The notes: a model not told the origin generated them from the sequence alone. DNA of 64,000 nucleotides from a virus (IMGVR_UViG_3300027861_000012:96380-160379); one strand, 5' to 3'; numbered from the stretch's first letter, positions 40,111 through 48,842 are shown. A program made the numbers and translations.

Positions 40111-41976
40111 TTACTCCTCGTTGGTCTTACGGCCCTTGCCGCGAGTTTTTGATTTGGTCTCATCTTCTAGGGTGGTATCTCTGCTTGTTTCTTTCTCGCC
40201 CTTCGCCTCGGCTGCTGGGTCACCAGACAGGTCTTTTAACCCTCGTGACCCAGCGTTCTCGTCTTTGGGATCGGGCTGGCCGTTTTCCCCGTCCTTGGCT
40301 GGCGCACCTGCGCCCGATCCCTTTGACTGTGCTTCAGCAATACGCAGGATGCGATCCAGATGGTCCTTCTTGGCCTGCTTGTATTCGTCATCGTCGAAAC
40401 CGAGTGCTACAGAGGCTACCTGTTCGCCACATAGACCAGCATCCCGTGCTGGGATAATGATTTCAGGATCACTGGTGGTGTAATGTGCCTCTTCAATCTC
40501 TTTCATGATTTTGGTCATCAGATCAACAGAAGCACTACCTCCGAGAAGCTTACCAGCAATGAGCTTGGCCATCTCTTTCTTGACTGTGCGGCCCGGTACT
40601 GTGGCCATCAGTGCCACAAGTTTCTCAGATTCTTCGATCCGATCCTTGTCCGACTTCAAGCTATACCGATCTGGGTACTTGACCGTCGCAATTGTTCGCT
40701 TGGATTCTATTTTGTCTTCGTAAGCGGCCCAGTGTTCAGCAATTTGACGCTCCGCAGCTTCAAGAACCAGCCCGATAAATGAGAGTCCGGCTTCTAAACC
40801 TTGGTTGTCCATCTTCTTGGACTCAGCCGACACTCGTTTACCAACCCTGTTTGATACTGCCAGATTCACGAGCTTCCGGATATCATCTTCGAGTTTCTCT
40901 TGCAACTCGACTGAGGCTTTGAGGGGCTCTGACGATGGATGAATGAAACCTGGAGGTTCGGCTTTGAGGTCATAAGCTCGACCCTGTGTAACACCTACCT
41001 TGATGGCTTCGTCTGATCCCGGTTGGCCGCCCTTGGTAGCTGTACCATCGGCTGACTTTGGTGATTTCAGATGATCACCTGCGCCCCGTAAGTCACGTTG
41101 TTCGATATAGAACGGGAAGTTGGCTAATAGAGCATAGTTGACATCACTGGATTGCAGGTTTAGGAGCGCTACTTGGTGCTTAGACACATCCTTGAGCAGA
41201 CTATCACCAATATCGAGTAACACGAATGGAATCTTTGTGAGTTCTGTATGTATGGGCTCTTCTGTGGGTTGCTCGACCCCAACTGCATTGATCGGTTTTG
41301 CCTGTTGGTTGTAGAATTGAATGTTGACCGTCTTGGTTTCCTCATCAATCCAAATCAGCCGATATCGCTCGAAGGAACCGCCGGGAAGATTGATACCAAA
41401 GCGACTGGTATTATAGCTGACACCATGGTCACGCAGCAGGATGGCTTGAAATTGATTCGGTTCTTCTGGGAGCGTACATGACCAGGACAGGATATCTTCA
41501 ACACGGTACATATACAGGTACGGGCGTGCGTCTCCGACTGTAGCCAAGGTGTCCCCGTGCAATGCTGGCATGTCTGTGTAGACGCCAACTTTCCCCATCG
41601 TCAACAACTCTGTTAGCAAATGCACACCAATAAACGAACTCATGCTGGCCCCACGACGATCCACACCACCGTTTTGACCCTCGATTGCTCTGTGATAATT
41701 CTCTGAACCACCACGACGCACGATGTCACGCATACGCTGAAAAATCGCATTCCGAATATCGTTGATTGCAGCTTTTGCAAACAACGGTGTAGGTGTAATG
41801 GACTTCCGCATGTTAAAGTCATTGGCATCTTCACGACGGGTAAATTGCTGTAGATACCGATCAACGTACCGTTGGCCGCCATCATATGTCATCCGCCAGA
41901 GGTCCCACTGGTCCTGATCTTTCAGGTAGAGGGGGTGTCTAGTGTTGACAATCTTTGTGAGTGGTGTCTCTGGCAT
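40111..41976 (-). CDS. Portal protein (621 aa)
   Basis: Position after terL; W..WRMTY.GG..YV..YL..F..RE, IPFV, charged C-terminal tail typical of portals. Confidence 0.8.
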   Translation of the reverse strand: MPETPLTKIVNTRHPLYLKDQDQWDLWRMTYDGGQRYVDRYLQQFTRREDANDFNMRKSITPTPLFAKAAINDIRNAIFQRMRDIVRRGGSENYHRAIEGQNGGVDRRGASMSSFIGVHLLTELLTMGKVGVYTDMPALHGDTLATVGDARPYLYMYRVEDILSWSCTLPEEPNQFQAILLRDHGVSYNTSRFGINLPGGSFERYRLIWIDEETKTVNIQFYNQQAKPINAVGVEQPTEEPIHTELTKIPFVLLDIGDSLLKDVSKHQVALLNLQSSDVNYALLANFPFYIEQRDLRGAGDHLKSPKSADGTATKGGQPGSDEAIKVGVTQGRAYDLKAEPPGFIHPSSEPLKASVELQEKLEDDIRKLVNLAVSNRVGKRVSAESKKMDNQGLEAGLSFIGLVLEAAERQIAEHWAAYEDKIESKRTIATVKYPDRYSLKSDKDRIEESEKLVALMATVPGRTVKKEMAKLIAGKLLGGSASVDLMTKIMKEIEEAHYTTSDPEIIIPARDAGLCGEQVASVALGFDDDEYKQAKKDHLDRILRIAEAQSKGSGAGAPAKDGENGQPDPKDENAGSRGLKDLSGDPAAEAKGEKETSRDTTLEDETKSKTRGKGRKTNEE

Positions 41977-42135
41977 AATCAGTCATCCTGCTTGGGCGAT
42001 TTGCGGTACCAGCGAAGAATCAATTGACGAAACTGTTGTCGTCGCCGTTCTCGTATCCTTCGTCGTGGTCGTTCCATTATGGGTTCCAATCTGGAAATAT
42101 CGTCGCGTCGTTGCAAGTATTTCTGCCACCCTGTT

Positions 42136-43809
42136 TTAGAGAAACTTGCTAATGTCTTCATGAGTTGTACGGGATGCCGCAAATGGTAGAGCAATTTCAC
42201 AATATGTCCGAGCGTGGGCAAAGTGGTCCGGGCCTGTTTCCGTGTAGATTGCCTTCGCGTTTCCAAGCTCGTCTTTTTCATACGTTCGCGCTGGGGACAT
42301 GATTTGGTCTTTGTATTGTTCGGATGTATCGCGTGGCAAGAGAATACGTCCAGGGACATGAAAACGACCTAATGCGGCGTCTATCCAATTTGTACGATCC
42401 ACAGTAGCAATTGGGGCATCAGTTTCATCATCTTGGATTGAAATTTCCTTCCCTGTGATTCCGCGTCGATAACGGCAAAGTGTAACAAATCCTGGGAAGC
42501 GTCGTGCAAAGCGTCGTACTTCATTGATTTGTGGGTCGGCGTCTACGACACAATGTAGAATTTGCCATTCTCGCATCAGTTGATCTGCAATGTGCCATTC
42601 GTCTTCGGTGAATGTTCCTTCCCATAGAACTTTTGCCACCGCAGCAACATTCAGGTCTCTTCCCCATTCCTCAAAAAACCATTCCGTGATCTCAACGTAG
42701 TTCCATTTTCCTTGATCCAACCCCATGGTAATCAGTCGTGCCGAATTAGTTGGTCTTGGGTCGCTTTTGGTGTGGCCACAAATACAATTGGCGATCATCT
42801 CATCATCGACTTGTCCGCCGGATGGGACATACGGCAGCCCCAATTTCGAGTTGTTAAATTCGACTCCAGCCGATTCGTCCCCCAAACCTCGAAAATGAGC
42901 GATAACCATGTCGCTCGGTTTCACCGTAAACGAGTACAACTGGTTGATGTGGAATCCACGGTTGTCTGGGTTGTGCGGAACTGTTGGAACCCATTTTGCA
43001 CCTGCTAACCATTCAGGTTTTTCTGCTTGTACCAAATGACCCTTGCATTCTTTGCAAATTAGCCGTGAATTCAAACACTCGGGGTCCCTTACAGACTCAC
43101 CATGGATTTCCATACAATCTGGCCAGATCAGTTCCGTCCATCTACCGCACCGAGGACATTGGAATTTGTATTCCTCTTGTGTGCTATCGAGGAACAGTTT
43201 GTGAACTCCCTTTTTGGGTACGGTGGGAGTTGAAACTGCACAGATATGTTTCTCCAGTTTTCCGCTTAAACGTTCCAGTGCCAACCAAATCTGCTTCTGA
43301 TCCATCCTGTCTACTTCGTCCAAGATTAGCTCAGACACGGGGATGGATACTAGGTTGCTGTCTCCACGCGATCCTCTGATGTAGAGGCATGTGCCTCCGG
43401 CTTGTTTCAACCCTACTGTGTTGGTATCAGTAAAGATGTCTTTGAGATAGGGGCTGAGAACCAATGCGCCACCAAAACGTGCTTTTGAAAAGTCAGACGC
43501 AGTGACGGCGGTCGGAAGAACATACAGTACGTCTCGTTTCAGGACATCAATGGTGTAAAATGCGCGGTTGATGGCAACTTCCGTGACCCCCATCTGGGCA
43601 GCCTTCATCGCAGTATTCCAGGTAGCCTGCGAGTCATGAATCTCTCGGCACCAAGGGTGCAACCTGAACGAAAATGGCAGCGAAATCGTAGGGTCTTCTA
43701 TGGTGGGGATGATCCTTCGATACTCAGCCCACCTGGAGCACGATGTAAGTGTTTTACTACGTAGTCCGGAGGAGATCGATTCTGCAAATTCGTCTGCGAG
43801 CTTGTTCAT
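42136..43809 (-). CDS. terL: Terminase large subunit, lambda gpA type (about 557 aa)
   Basis: Walker A KAAQMGVTE, Walker B ILDEVD, STPT, CPRCG...CKEC zinc motif, nuclease MGLDQG and DHFAHA. Start placed at ATG 43809. Confidence 0.9.
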   Translation of the reverse strand: MNKLADEFAESISSGLRSKTLTSCSRWAEYRRIIPTIEDPTISLPFSFRLHPWCREIHDSQATWNTAMKAAQMGVTEVAINRAFYTIDVLKRDVLYVLPTAVTASDFSKARFGGALVLSPYLKDIFTDTNTVGLKQAGGTCLYIRGSRGDSNLVSIPVSELILDEVDRMDQKQIWLALERLSGKLEKHICAVSTPTVPKKGVHKLFLDSTQEEYKFQCPRCGRWTELIWPDCMEIHGESVRDPECLNSRLICKECKGHLVQAEKPEWLAGAKWVPTVPHNPDNRGFHINQLYSFTVKPSDMVIAHFRGLGDESAGVEFNNSKLGLPYVPSGGQVDDEMIANCICGHTKSDPRPTNSARLITMGLDQGKWNYVEITEWFFEEWGRDLNVAAVAKVLWEGTFTEDEWHIADQLMREWQILHCVVDADPQINEVRRFARRFPGFVTLCRYRRGITGKEISIQDDETDAPIATVDRTNWIDAALGRFHVPGRILLPRDTSEQYKDQIMSPARTYEKDELGNAKAIYTETGPDHFAHARTYCEIALPFAASRTTHEDISKFL

Positions 43810-43920
43810 GCATTGTATGGGAGACTGGCCAAGACTCGCTCTGCCGCACAACGGTCACGTTTAATAGTTGGACGGTTGTTTGGATACTGGCGTTCATTCT
43901 TGCCAATCTCTTGTTCGGGG

Positions 43921-44382
43921 TTATTTCTTCTTGCCCTTTTTGGCTTCTTCCTTGATCTCCTCAGCCAGCTTCTTAGGCGAAACGGGTTTTGGGGCCACTG
44001 AGAACAGTGGTTTGGGCTTCACGACTTCAGCGGAAAGTGGTTCCATCCGATCCATTGACTCCAGTGGTTCCAATGACTCCAATGGCTTCGGTTCCGGCTT
44101 CGGTTCCGGCTTCGGTTCCGGCTTCGGTTCCGGCTTCGGTTCCGGCTCCACTGTGCCAGCACTGATCCATTGGTCATCACGACGGACCCAACCGGTGTCG
44201 GTTGGTTTCCCCTGGTCAGACATAGGGATACATCGAATGACATTCGCCACGGCCCCGGCTGGGATCGCAACTTCAACCTCTCGAATTTCGGCAGCGAATG
44301 CACTGCATTCGAGGGTATGTTTGTCATCCAATTCGACTTCAATTCGTACCAGACTTTGTGTTCTTGGAAGATCGAGTTTCAT
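43921..44382 (-). CDS. Hypothetical protein with (PEPK)n linker (153 aa)
   Basis: SD GAGGAGG; N-terminus paralogous to 44426..44689. Confidence 0.7.
   Translation of the reverse strand: MKLDLPRTQSLVRIEVELDDKHTLECSAFAAEIREVEVAIPAGAVANVIRCIPMSDQGKPTDTGWVRRDDQWISAGTVEPEPKPEPKPEPKPEPKPEPKPLESLEPLESMDRMEPLSAEVVKPKPLFSVAPKPVSPKKLAEEIKEEAKKGKKK
44084..44143. repeat. 12-bp tandem repeat GGCTTCGGTTCC x5 (encodes PEPK)
   Basis: Five perfect copies read directly. Confidence 0.95.
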
Positions 44383-44425
44383 GTTTGTTTACCTCCTCGG
44401 GTAATGCTAGTTGGTAGTTTGATGT

Positions 44426-44689
44426 TTATGGTGTCGTAACGTCAACATCGACTGAATGTGTCATCAGATTGGGGCGTTCCCAAACACTGTTTTTCAGGAC
44501 CCAGCCTTCACCGGCACGTTGATCATCAACGGACGGGTAGCATTCGATTAGTTCCACGGTACCGGCTGGCAGAACTACATCGATTTGCCGAATCTCGTTG
44601 GCAAACGCCTCTACCACTACCGGAGCCTCACCGGCAACTTTGATCTCGACACGTACAGTACCATCATATTCTGGGAGTGCAATAATCAT
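44426..44689 (-). CDS. Hypothetical protein, paralog of 43921..44382 (87 aa)
   Basis: VEAFANEIRQIDVVLPAG vs CSAFAAEIREVEVAIPAG; DDQRAGEGW vs DQGKPTDTGW. Confidence 0.65.
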   Translation of the reverse strand: MIIALPEYDGTVRVEIKVAGEAPVVVEAFANEIRQIDVVLPAGTVELIECYPSVDDQRAGEGWVLKNSVWERPNLMTHSVDVDVTTP

Positions 44690-44692
44690 GAT

Positions 44693-44995
44693 TTACCCTT
44701 CAGTGGGGTCATCGAGAAAGGCCAACAACATGAGAATGAAGCGAATAATCTCAGGGAGATTCTCCACAATCCAATCAACCCATGCTCGCCAATCAATGTC
44801 AATTTCTGTTAATTCGAGTTCTAACCGAACCCACTTCTCTACTTTGAGAAGTACGTTGATCATCCGACCCGAACCTGGGTCAACTCGCATGGGCTGATCA
44901 ATGACCCGTTGAAGCAACCGAAGACGCGCCCGTGGGAACATCTTGTTACGACTCGCCTGTAGGCGAGCTTCTTGCAAAGCTACTTTGAATGTCAT
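44693..44995 (-). CDS. Protein with amphipathic hydrophobic C-terminus (100 aa)
   Basis: ATG 1 nt after the thioredoxin stop; C-terminal IDWRAWVDWIVENLPEIIRFILMLLAFL. Confidence 0.65.
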   Translation of the reverse strand: MTFKVALQEARLQASRNKMFPRARLRLLQRVIDQPMRVDPGSGRMINVLLKVEKWVRLELELTEIDIDWRAWVDWIVENLPEIIRFILMLLAFLDDPTEG

Positions 44996-44996
44996 G

Positions 44997-45593
44997 TTAC
45001 CAGATGTCATAGTCAGGTTCCTCGGGATCGGGTGGAGTCGGTGGAGTCGGTGGTACATCAGTGGGCTTCTTGAGATATTTCTTCAGAGTTTTGCTGTCCA
45101 TAGTTCCAACAAACTGTTTCACGACTCGTGGTGTTGTTTCTGTTTCTTCAAAGATGATGGTCTGTGGAATTTGGGCCACGTTATACTTCTTCACCATCTC
45201 TGAGTGTTCATCCGTATTGATTAAGGTAACCTTGTATCCAGCTTTCTTCAGGCTCGCCGCGATGGTTTTCATCGTAGTACACTTGGTACACCAGGGAGCC
45301 CAGAAAAGGAACATTTCGTTGGTTACTGGTTTGACCTCTTCCCTGACAAAAAAGGGTCGGTGGGTTTCTCCAACTTCGGATACCCCTCGATGTCCATGTA
45401 CTTGTTGGCCAGTCCCGTCATCTCGGCCATCCGGCGTACCCATTTGATTTTCTTGCCCTTGCTGATATCGAGTAACAAGGTGCGTAGCCATTTCACCAGG
45501 TCTCGCCAGAGGCCCAGTAATTTGAGTTTCTTGCCCATAGTAGACTCCTATGATCAAGCCAAGGGTCAACAGTAGCAGTGTTCGTTTGAACAT
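44997..45593 (-). CDS. Exported/anchored thioredoxin-family protein (198 aa)
   Basis: Signal-like MFKRTLLLLTLGLIIGVYY; FWAPWCTKC CxxC; INTDEH..MVKKYNVAQIPQTII cis-Pro loop. Confidence 0.85.
   Translation of the reverse strand: MFKRTLLLLTLGLIIGVYYGQETQITGPLARPGEMATHLVTRYQQGQENQMGTPDGRDDGTGQQVHGHRGVSEVGETHRPFFVREEVKPVTNEMFLFWAPWCTKCTTMKTIAASLKKAGYKVTLINTDEHSEMVKKYNVAQIPQTIIFEETETTPRVVKQFVGTMDSKTLKKYLKKPTDVPPTPPTPPDPEEPDYDIW
45323..45538 (-). CDS. Nested +1-frame ORF inside thioredoxin gene (71 aa, amphipathic basic)
   Basis: Own SD AGGAG 6 nt before ATG; G/C-ending codons dominate in this frame; C CCT TTT slippery heptamer near its end. Confidence 0.55.
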   Translation of the reverse strand: MGKKLKLLGLWRDLVKWLRTLLLDISKGKKIKWVRRMAEMTGLANKYMDIEGYPKLEKPTDPFLSGKRSNQ

Positions 45594-45595
45594 TG

Positions 45596-46597
45596 TCACC
45601 AAATCCTGTAATCGTCGATGTCCTGTCTAGGATAACCAACGTAACCACTCAAAGCAAAGCTATCACCTTGCTTGAGTGCCATTTCGATGTTTTTCGCATC
45701 GGCCCAAAATGAACCTTCAGGTTGTTCGTGTCGCGTTGGCCCGCTTACCCAGTTGTGTCCCCATGAATTTTGGATACAACCACCTTTACGTTCCGATTGA
45801 TTATCGATTGCAATCAGAAGCATGGCGTGCATCCATGGTCGTCCGCGCCTCAAGAAACCAGCTTTGTCTCGTTTGTTGGTATAACCAATTGAACTACAGA
45901 GTGTAACTGGGTAGCCGTTTGCAACACAGTCACAAGCTTCGTCCCAATTGGTGACCAACTTTGCTGTCCGTACCGGATGCAACTTGGTCAGTGGTTCTAA
46001 ATCATTGGGGACACCCTTTGCCCCCAATTCGCGTGCCTTGAAACCATTGTAGAATGTGAAGTCATACTTCCCATTCAAGTAAGGTTGTCTCAGCAGTGAG
46101 CCGTATTGCTCACAGTAGTCTTTGGCCCACGTACCCATTGAGCCATCACCACGCAGGCCGCCTCCGATTTCAACACGCGAACCAGCGTAAATAATCTCAG
46201 TAGCGGCTTTTGCAATCCACTGCTCTTGGCTATTGAAGAGAGTCATCTGGATTGCTGTTAGCATATCCACGCCGAGTGCCCATGCATGTGAGACACAGTC
46301 ACCAATCTCTTGGATATGCGGTACTAGCGGCCCACCAGTGATGTGCTCAAACAGCTTCCAGAGTAAGACTTTCTTGTTACGGCCAGAGCCCTTGATTGCT
46401 TGGTTGTGCTGTGAGAACAGCGGACGATGTGTGTTGTTGAATGCATGTTGCCGAGCAGCCTTGTTGTCCAACCAGCCTGCAAAGATCGGGCTCTTCTGAC
46501 TTTCGGCGGCATAGACTTGCTGCAAGATAGGGTTATTGAAAATGGCACCAAGCGATGCAACCCCAGATGTCTTCAAAAAGTCTCGGCGTGTGAACAT
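45596..46597 (-). CDS. Tat-exported papain-like (C1) cysteine protease (333 aa)
   Basis: Exact Tat consensus TRRDFLK; QEIGDCVS (Cys), WMHAM (His), IQNSWG (Asn). Confidence 0.85.
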   Translation of the reverse strand: MFTRRDFLKTSGVASLGAIFNNPILQQVYAAESQKSPIFAGWLDNKAARQHAFNNTHRPLFSQHNQAIKGSGRNKKVLLWKLFEHITGGPLVPHIQEIGDCVSHAWALGVDMLTAIQMTLFNSQEQWIAKAATEIIYAGSRVEIGGGLRGDGSMGTWAKDYCEQYGSLLRQPYLNGKYDFTFYNGFKARELGAKGVPNDLEPLTKLHPVRTAKLVTNWDEACDCVANGYPVTLCSSIGYTNKRDKAGFLRRGRPWMHAMLLIAIDNQSERKGGCIQNSWGHNWVSGPTRHEQPEGSFWADAKNIEMALKQGDSFALSGYVGYPRQDIDDYRIW

Positions 46598-46608
46598 TCT
46601 CTACTCCT

Positions 46609-47532
46609 TTATCGACTGACAGCTTCCTCTTCCGGTGACGCCCCGGCTTTGATGATATCCTTCTTGTTGGAAGGACCAGCATACTTGTTCAATGCCATCC
46701 CGATCTTCTTCCACAGCTTCTCGTGGTCATCCGCAGTTTTCAGAGTACCTGCTTGGGAACGTGCAACAATTTCAGTCTGGAGGTTTTCCATAAATGGTGT
46801 CCAAACCTCAGACCTGTGCCCCAAGGCCGTTCGACTTGATTCCTTAGTAGCAGCCGCAACCTTGTTGACTGGAATCACTCCGGCTTTGATTTGAGCCGCA
46901 ATACTGTTGAAGCTTTGACCCAAACGAGCACAGTCACCTTTATTGGCGCTCATTGAATCCAGCCAGTACGCAACCTTGGTTTCAATCGGGGCGTTTGGAT
47001 TAACCGGTTCTGGATTCGGTGGATTGGGCCCTGGCGCGGGTGGATCAGGATACTGATTCAATACGCGGATCACAATGATCTTGTGGTCCAGTTCCTCCGC
47101 TGAGGCACAACATGACACAAAGAAGGTATAGTCGCCGGGAACACCGCTGGAGAATACGGCAATTTGGCCATCATTGAATACACGGAAATTCTTTGTCTTC
47201 GGCATCACGCTCCATTTGTATTTTGTTCCAGAACTCTGCGTCACATCAATGAATACCAGTTGTCCGATTTTGACTTCAAGTTCAGTTTCGACAACCAGCA
47301 TCGAATCCTCATCTTGCATGACCAATGACAAATCAGCATCGGTATCAACAATCTGTGCGCGAACTGTCATAGATGACGAAGTAAGGATTTTCGGTTGCTG
47401 TGTCAACAGTATTTGGGCATCCGACACCGCTGTCTTTGGCGGTACTTCAGTTGGGTAATAGTTTGAAACTGTAAAGATGCTGGCAACCACCAACATCACA
47501 CTGAAAATCGTAGTTGTGATTGCTCTTTTCAT
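46609..47532 (-). CDS. Exported protein: signal anchor, PKD/Ig-like domain, Pro-rich linker, helical C-domain (307 aa)
   Basis: Hydrophobic N-terminus; YKWSV...AVFSSGVPGDYTFFVSC; PDPPAPGPNPPNPEP. Confidence 0.7.
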   Translation of the reverse strand: MKRAITTTIFSVMLVVASIFTVSNYYPTEVPPKTAVSDAQILLTQQPKILTSSSMTVRAQIVDTDADLSLVMQDEDSMLVVETELEVKIGQLVFIDVTQSSGTKYKWSVMPKTKNFRVFNDGQIAVFSSGVPGDYTFFVSCCASAEELDHKIIVIRVLNQYPDPPAPGPNPPNPEPVNPNAPIETKVAYWLDSMSANKGDCARLGQSFNSIAAQIKAGVIPVNKVAAATKESSRTALGHRSEVWTPFMENLQTEIVARSQAGTLKTADDHEKLWKKIGMALNKYAGPSNKKDIIKAGASPEEEAVSR

Positions 47533-47765
47533 TGTGGGTCCTCTACTTCTACTGATCTGTGCAGAGCTACTGCTTGACTATAGCCTGAGTGCCGCATTTG
47601 ATCCGTGGCCCAGCAATTTTCGCAACGATCCTCGTTTGAAAGTGTCACTGGGTTCTCACATCCCGGTTTAGTGCAATATAGTGTCAGGCCGACTCGCCTA
47701 ATGGGTTCACTGGTTGGTTCTGATTTGGGTGACGCTTGGATACCTTTTCTGAAATACCGTGTCAT
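47529..47765 (-). CDS. Small Cys-rich (zinc-finger-like) protein (78 aa)
   Basis: SD GGAG before ATG 47765; CTKPGC...CENC. Confidence 0.5.
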   Translation of the reverse strand: MTRYFRKGIQASPKSEPTSEPIRRVGLTLYCTKPGCENPVTLSNEDRCENCWATDQMRHSGYSQAVALHRSVEVEDPQ

Positions 47766-47904
47766 ACTAGCTCCAACTTTAACTCCACCCCCAAGGGTCG
47801 GGAGCGGCACCCAAGAACCGCTCCCGACCCACCGACATGCGACGTGTCTACAGCCAAAACACGCCTTCCGACCTCACCCTGGGGCAGGGCAGTCGGTTAA
47901 TCGA

Positions 47905-48090
47905 TCAGACAATGGGCTTGCTGGTGACGAATCGCAACGCGATATTCAAAGCACCAACGACGGCACCAAAGATGGCCACAACCTGTGGGTATTCCTGGAT
48001 GACGGCATGACCCTGCATATAGCCAAGGACACCGGCACCGAGTACCAACATGTTGACCCACAACGTTTTCGATTTGAGAGGATTTTTCAT
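47905..48090 (-). CDS. Small two-TM holin-like protein (61 aa)
   Basis: KSKTLWVN...two hydrophobic helices...NIALRFVTSKP, a recurrent small phage membrane-protein pattern; ATGA-coupled to terS. Confidence 0.6.
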   Translation of the reverse strand: MKNPLKSKTLWVNMLVLGAGVLGYMQGHAVIQEYPQVVAIFGAVVGALNIALRFVTSKPIV

Positions 48091-48623
48091 GAATCTTCGC
48101 TCCTTTGTTCAGTGATATTTTGCACAATCCGTTTGGAAATACGGTCTACGATTTCTTCGTAGCCCGGAACATCTTGTAGTTCTTCAACGATGATTTCGAC
48201 GATTTGCCGACCCATGACGAGCACGGATGACTTGGCGAGGAGGGAGCCAAGATTCTGTTCAATAGCGTGGGCGCTTCTTACGAGTCTCTCAACAGTGAGG
48301 AGGAGTGTGTTGAGACCGCCGATGGCGGCTAGCAGATCGCTCTCGCATTTGATAGCATTGAAACGCTCTTCGATCAGCATCCGAGTGATAGAGATTTCTT
48401 CCCGCAGGGATTTGATCTCCTCATGCTCGACAAAACGGGTCAGCTTTTCTCGATGTTTCATCTGATCCAGATGATACATATGGGTATTGGCACGCTTAGC
48501 TGATGCGGTACTCCCTGAGTGAATCTCACAGAAGTCATACCCATCAACCACATCTCGGTGGCATTGTTTCTGGTCGCCGGTGTATTTACAGCGATTGGGG
48601 CGTGCTGGATCAGCTTTTGCCAT
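48087..48623 (-). CDS. terS: Terminase small subunit (putative, 178 aa)
   Basis: First late gene, SD AGGAGG; N-terminal C..C...C..H(S)G zinc-like motif then SLREEISITR helix. Confidence 0.6.
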   Translation of the reverse strand: MAKADPARPNRCKYTGDQKQCHRDVVDGYDFCEIHSGSTASAKRANTHMYHLDQMKHREKLTRFVEHEEIKSLREEISITRMLIEERFNAIKCESDLLAAIGGLNTLLLTVERLVRSAHAIEQNLGSLLAKSSVLVMGRQIVEIIVEELQDVPGYEEIVDRISKRIVQNITEQRSEDS

Positions 48624-48785
48624 TAGAACTCCTCCTACCCTACTATACGGTAGTATTGGCCCGGATATTTGATAAAACCCTGAAAATCGGAATAACCCTC
48701 ATAATCCTCGTATTCTACGCCCGTTTCCTGATAGTTCTGCCTGACAGAACATTTAGCCCACAAGAGGGGCTTTCCCCTATTAGAG

Positions 48786-48818
48786 GGGTAATTGACGGGT
48801 AATTGACGGGTAATTGAC
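48786..48818. repeat. 11-bp direct repeat GGGTAATTGAC x3
   Basis: Copies at 48786, 48797, 48808 in the divergent intergenic region. Confidence 0.95.
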
Positions 48819-48842
48819 TTCCCGCCCATAGTGTGGTAAGCT
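48814..48842 (+). promoter_or_regulatory. sigma70-type promoter TTGACT-17-TAAGCT (TG extended -10)
   Basis: Near-consensus spacing at the start of the rightward arm. Confidence 0.65.

Noticed and set aside
41979-42359. 126-aa ORF overlapping the terL end (Arg-rich tail MERPRRRIRERRR...)
   Set aside because: Mostly an alternate frame of terL. A 32-aa or 48-aa small gene in the 160-nt gap is possible but lacks a convincing SD, so it was not called.
40111-43809. Intein or intron in terminase/portal
   Set aside because: Lengths are ordinary and no splice motifs (C...HN) or LAGLIDADG/HNH inserts are visible.
1-48623. Stop-codon reassignment (TAG to Gln or TGA to Trp) suggested by the phage release factor
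   Set aside because: The 5090-aa fibre, tape measure, portal and MCP are intact under code 11. TGA forms many ATGA/TGATG overlaps, and TAG ends genes right at or inside the next start (56790, 61861).
48786-48818. Mini CRISPR array
   Set aside because: 11-bp head-to-tail repeats with no spacers and no cas genes.
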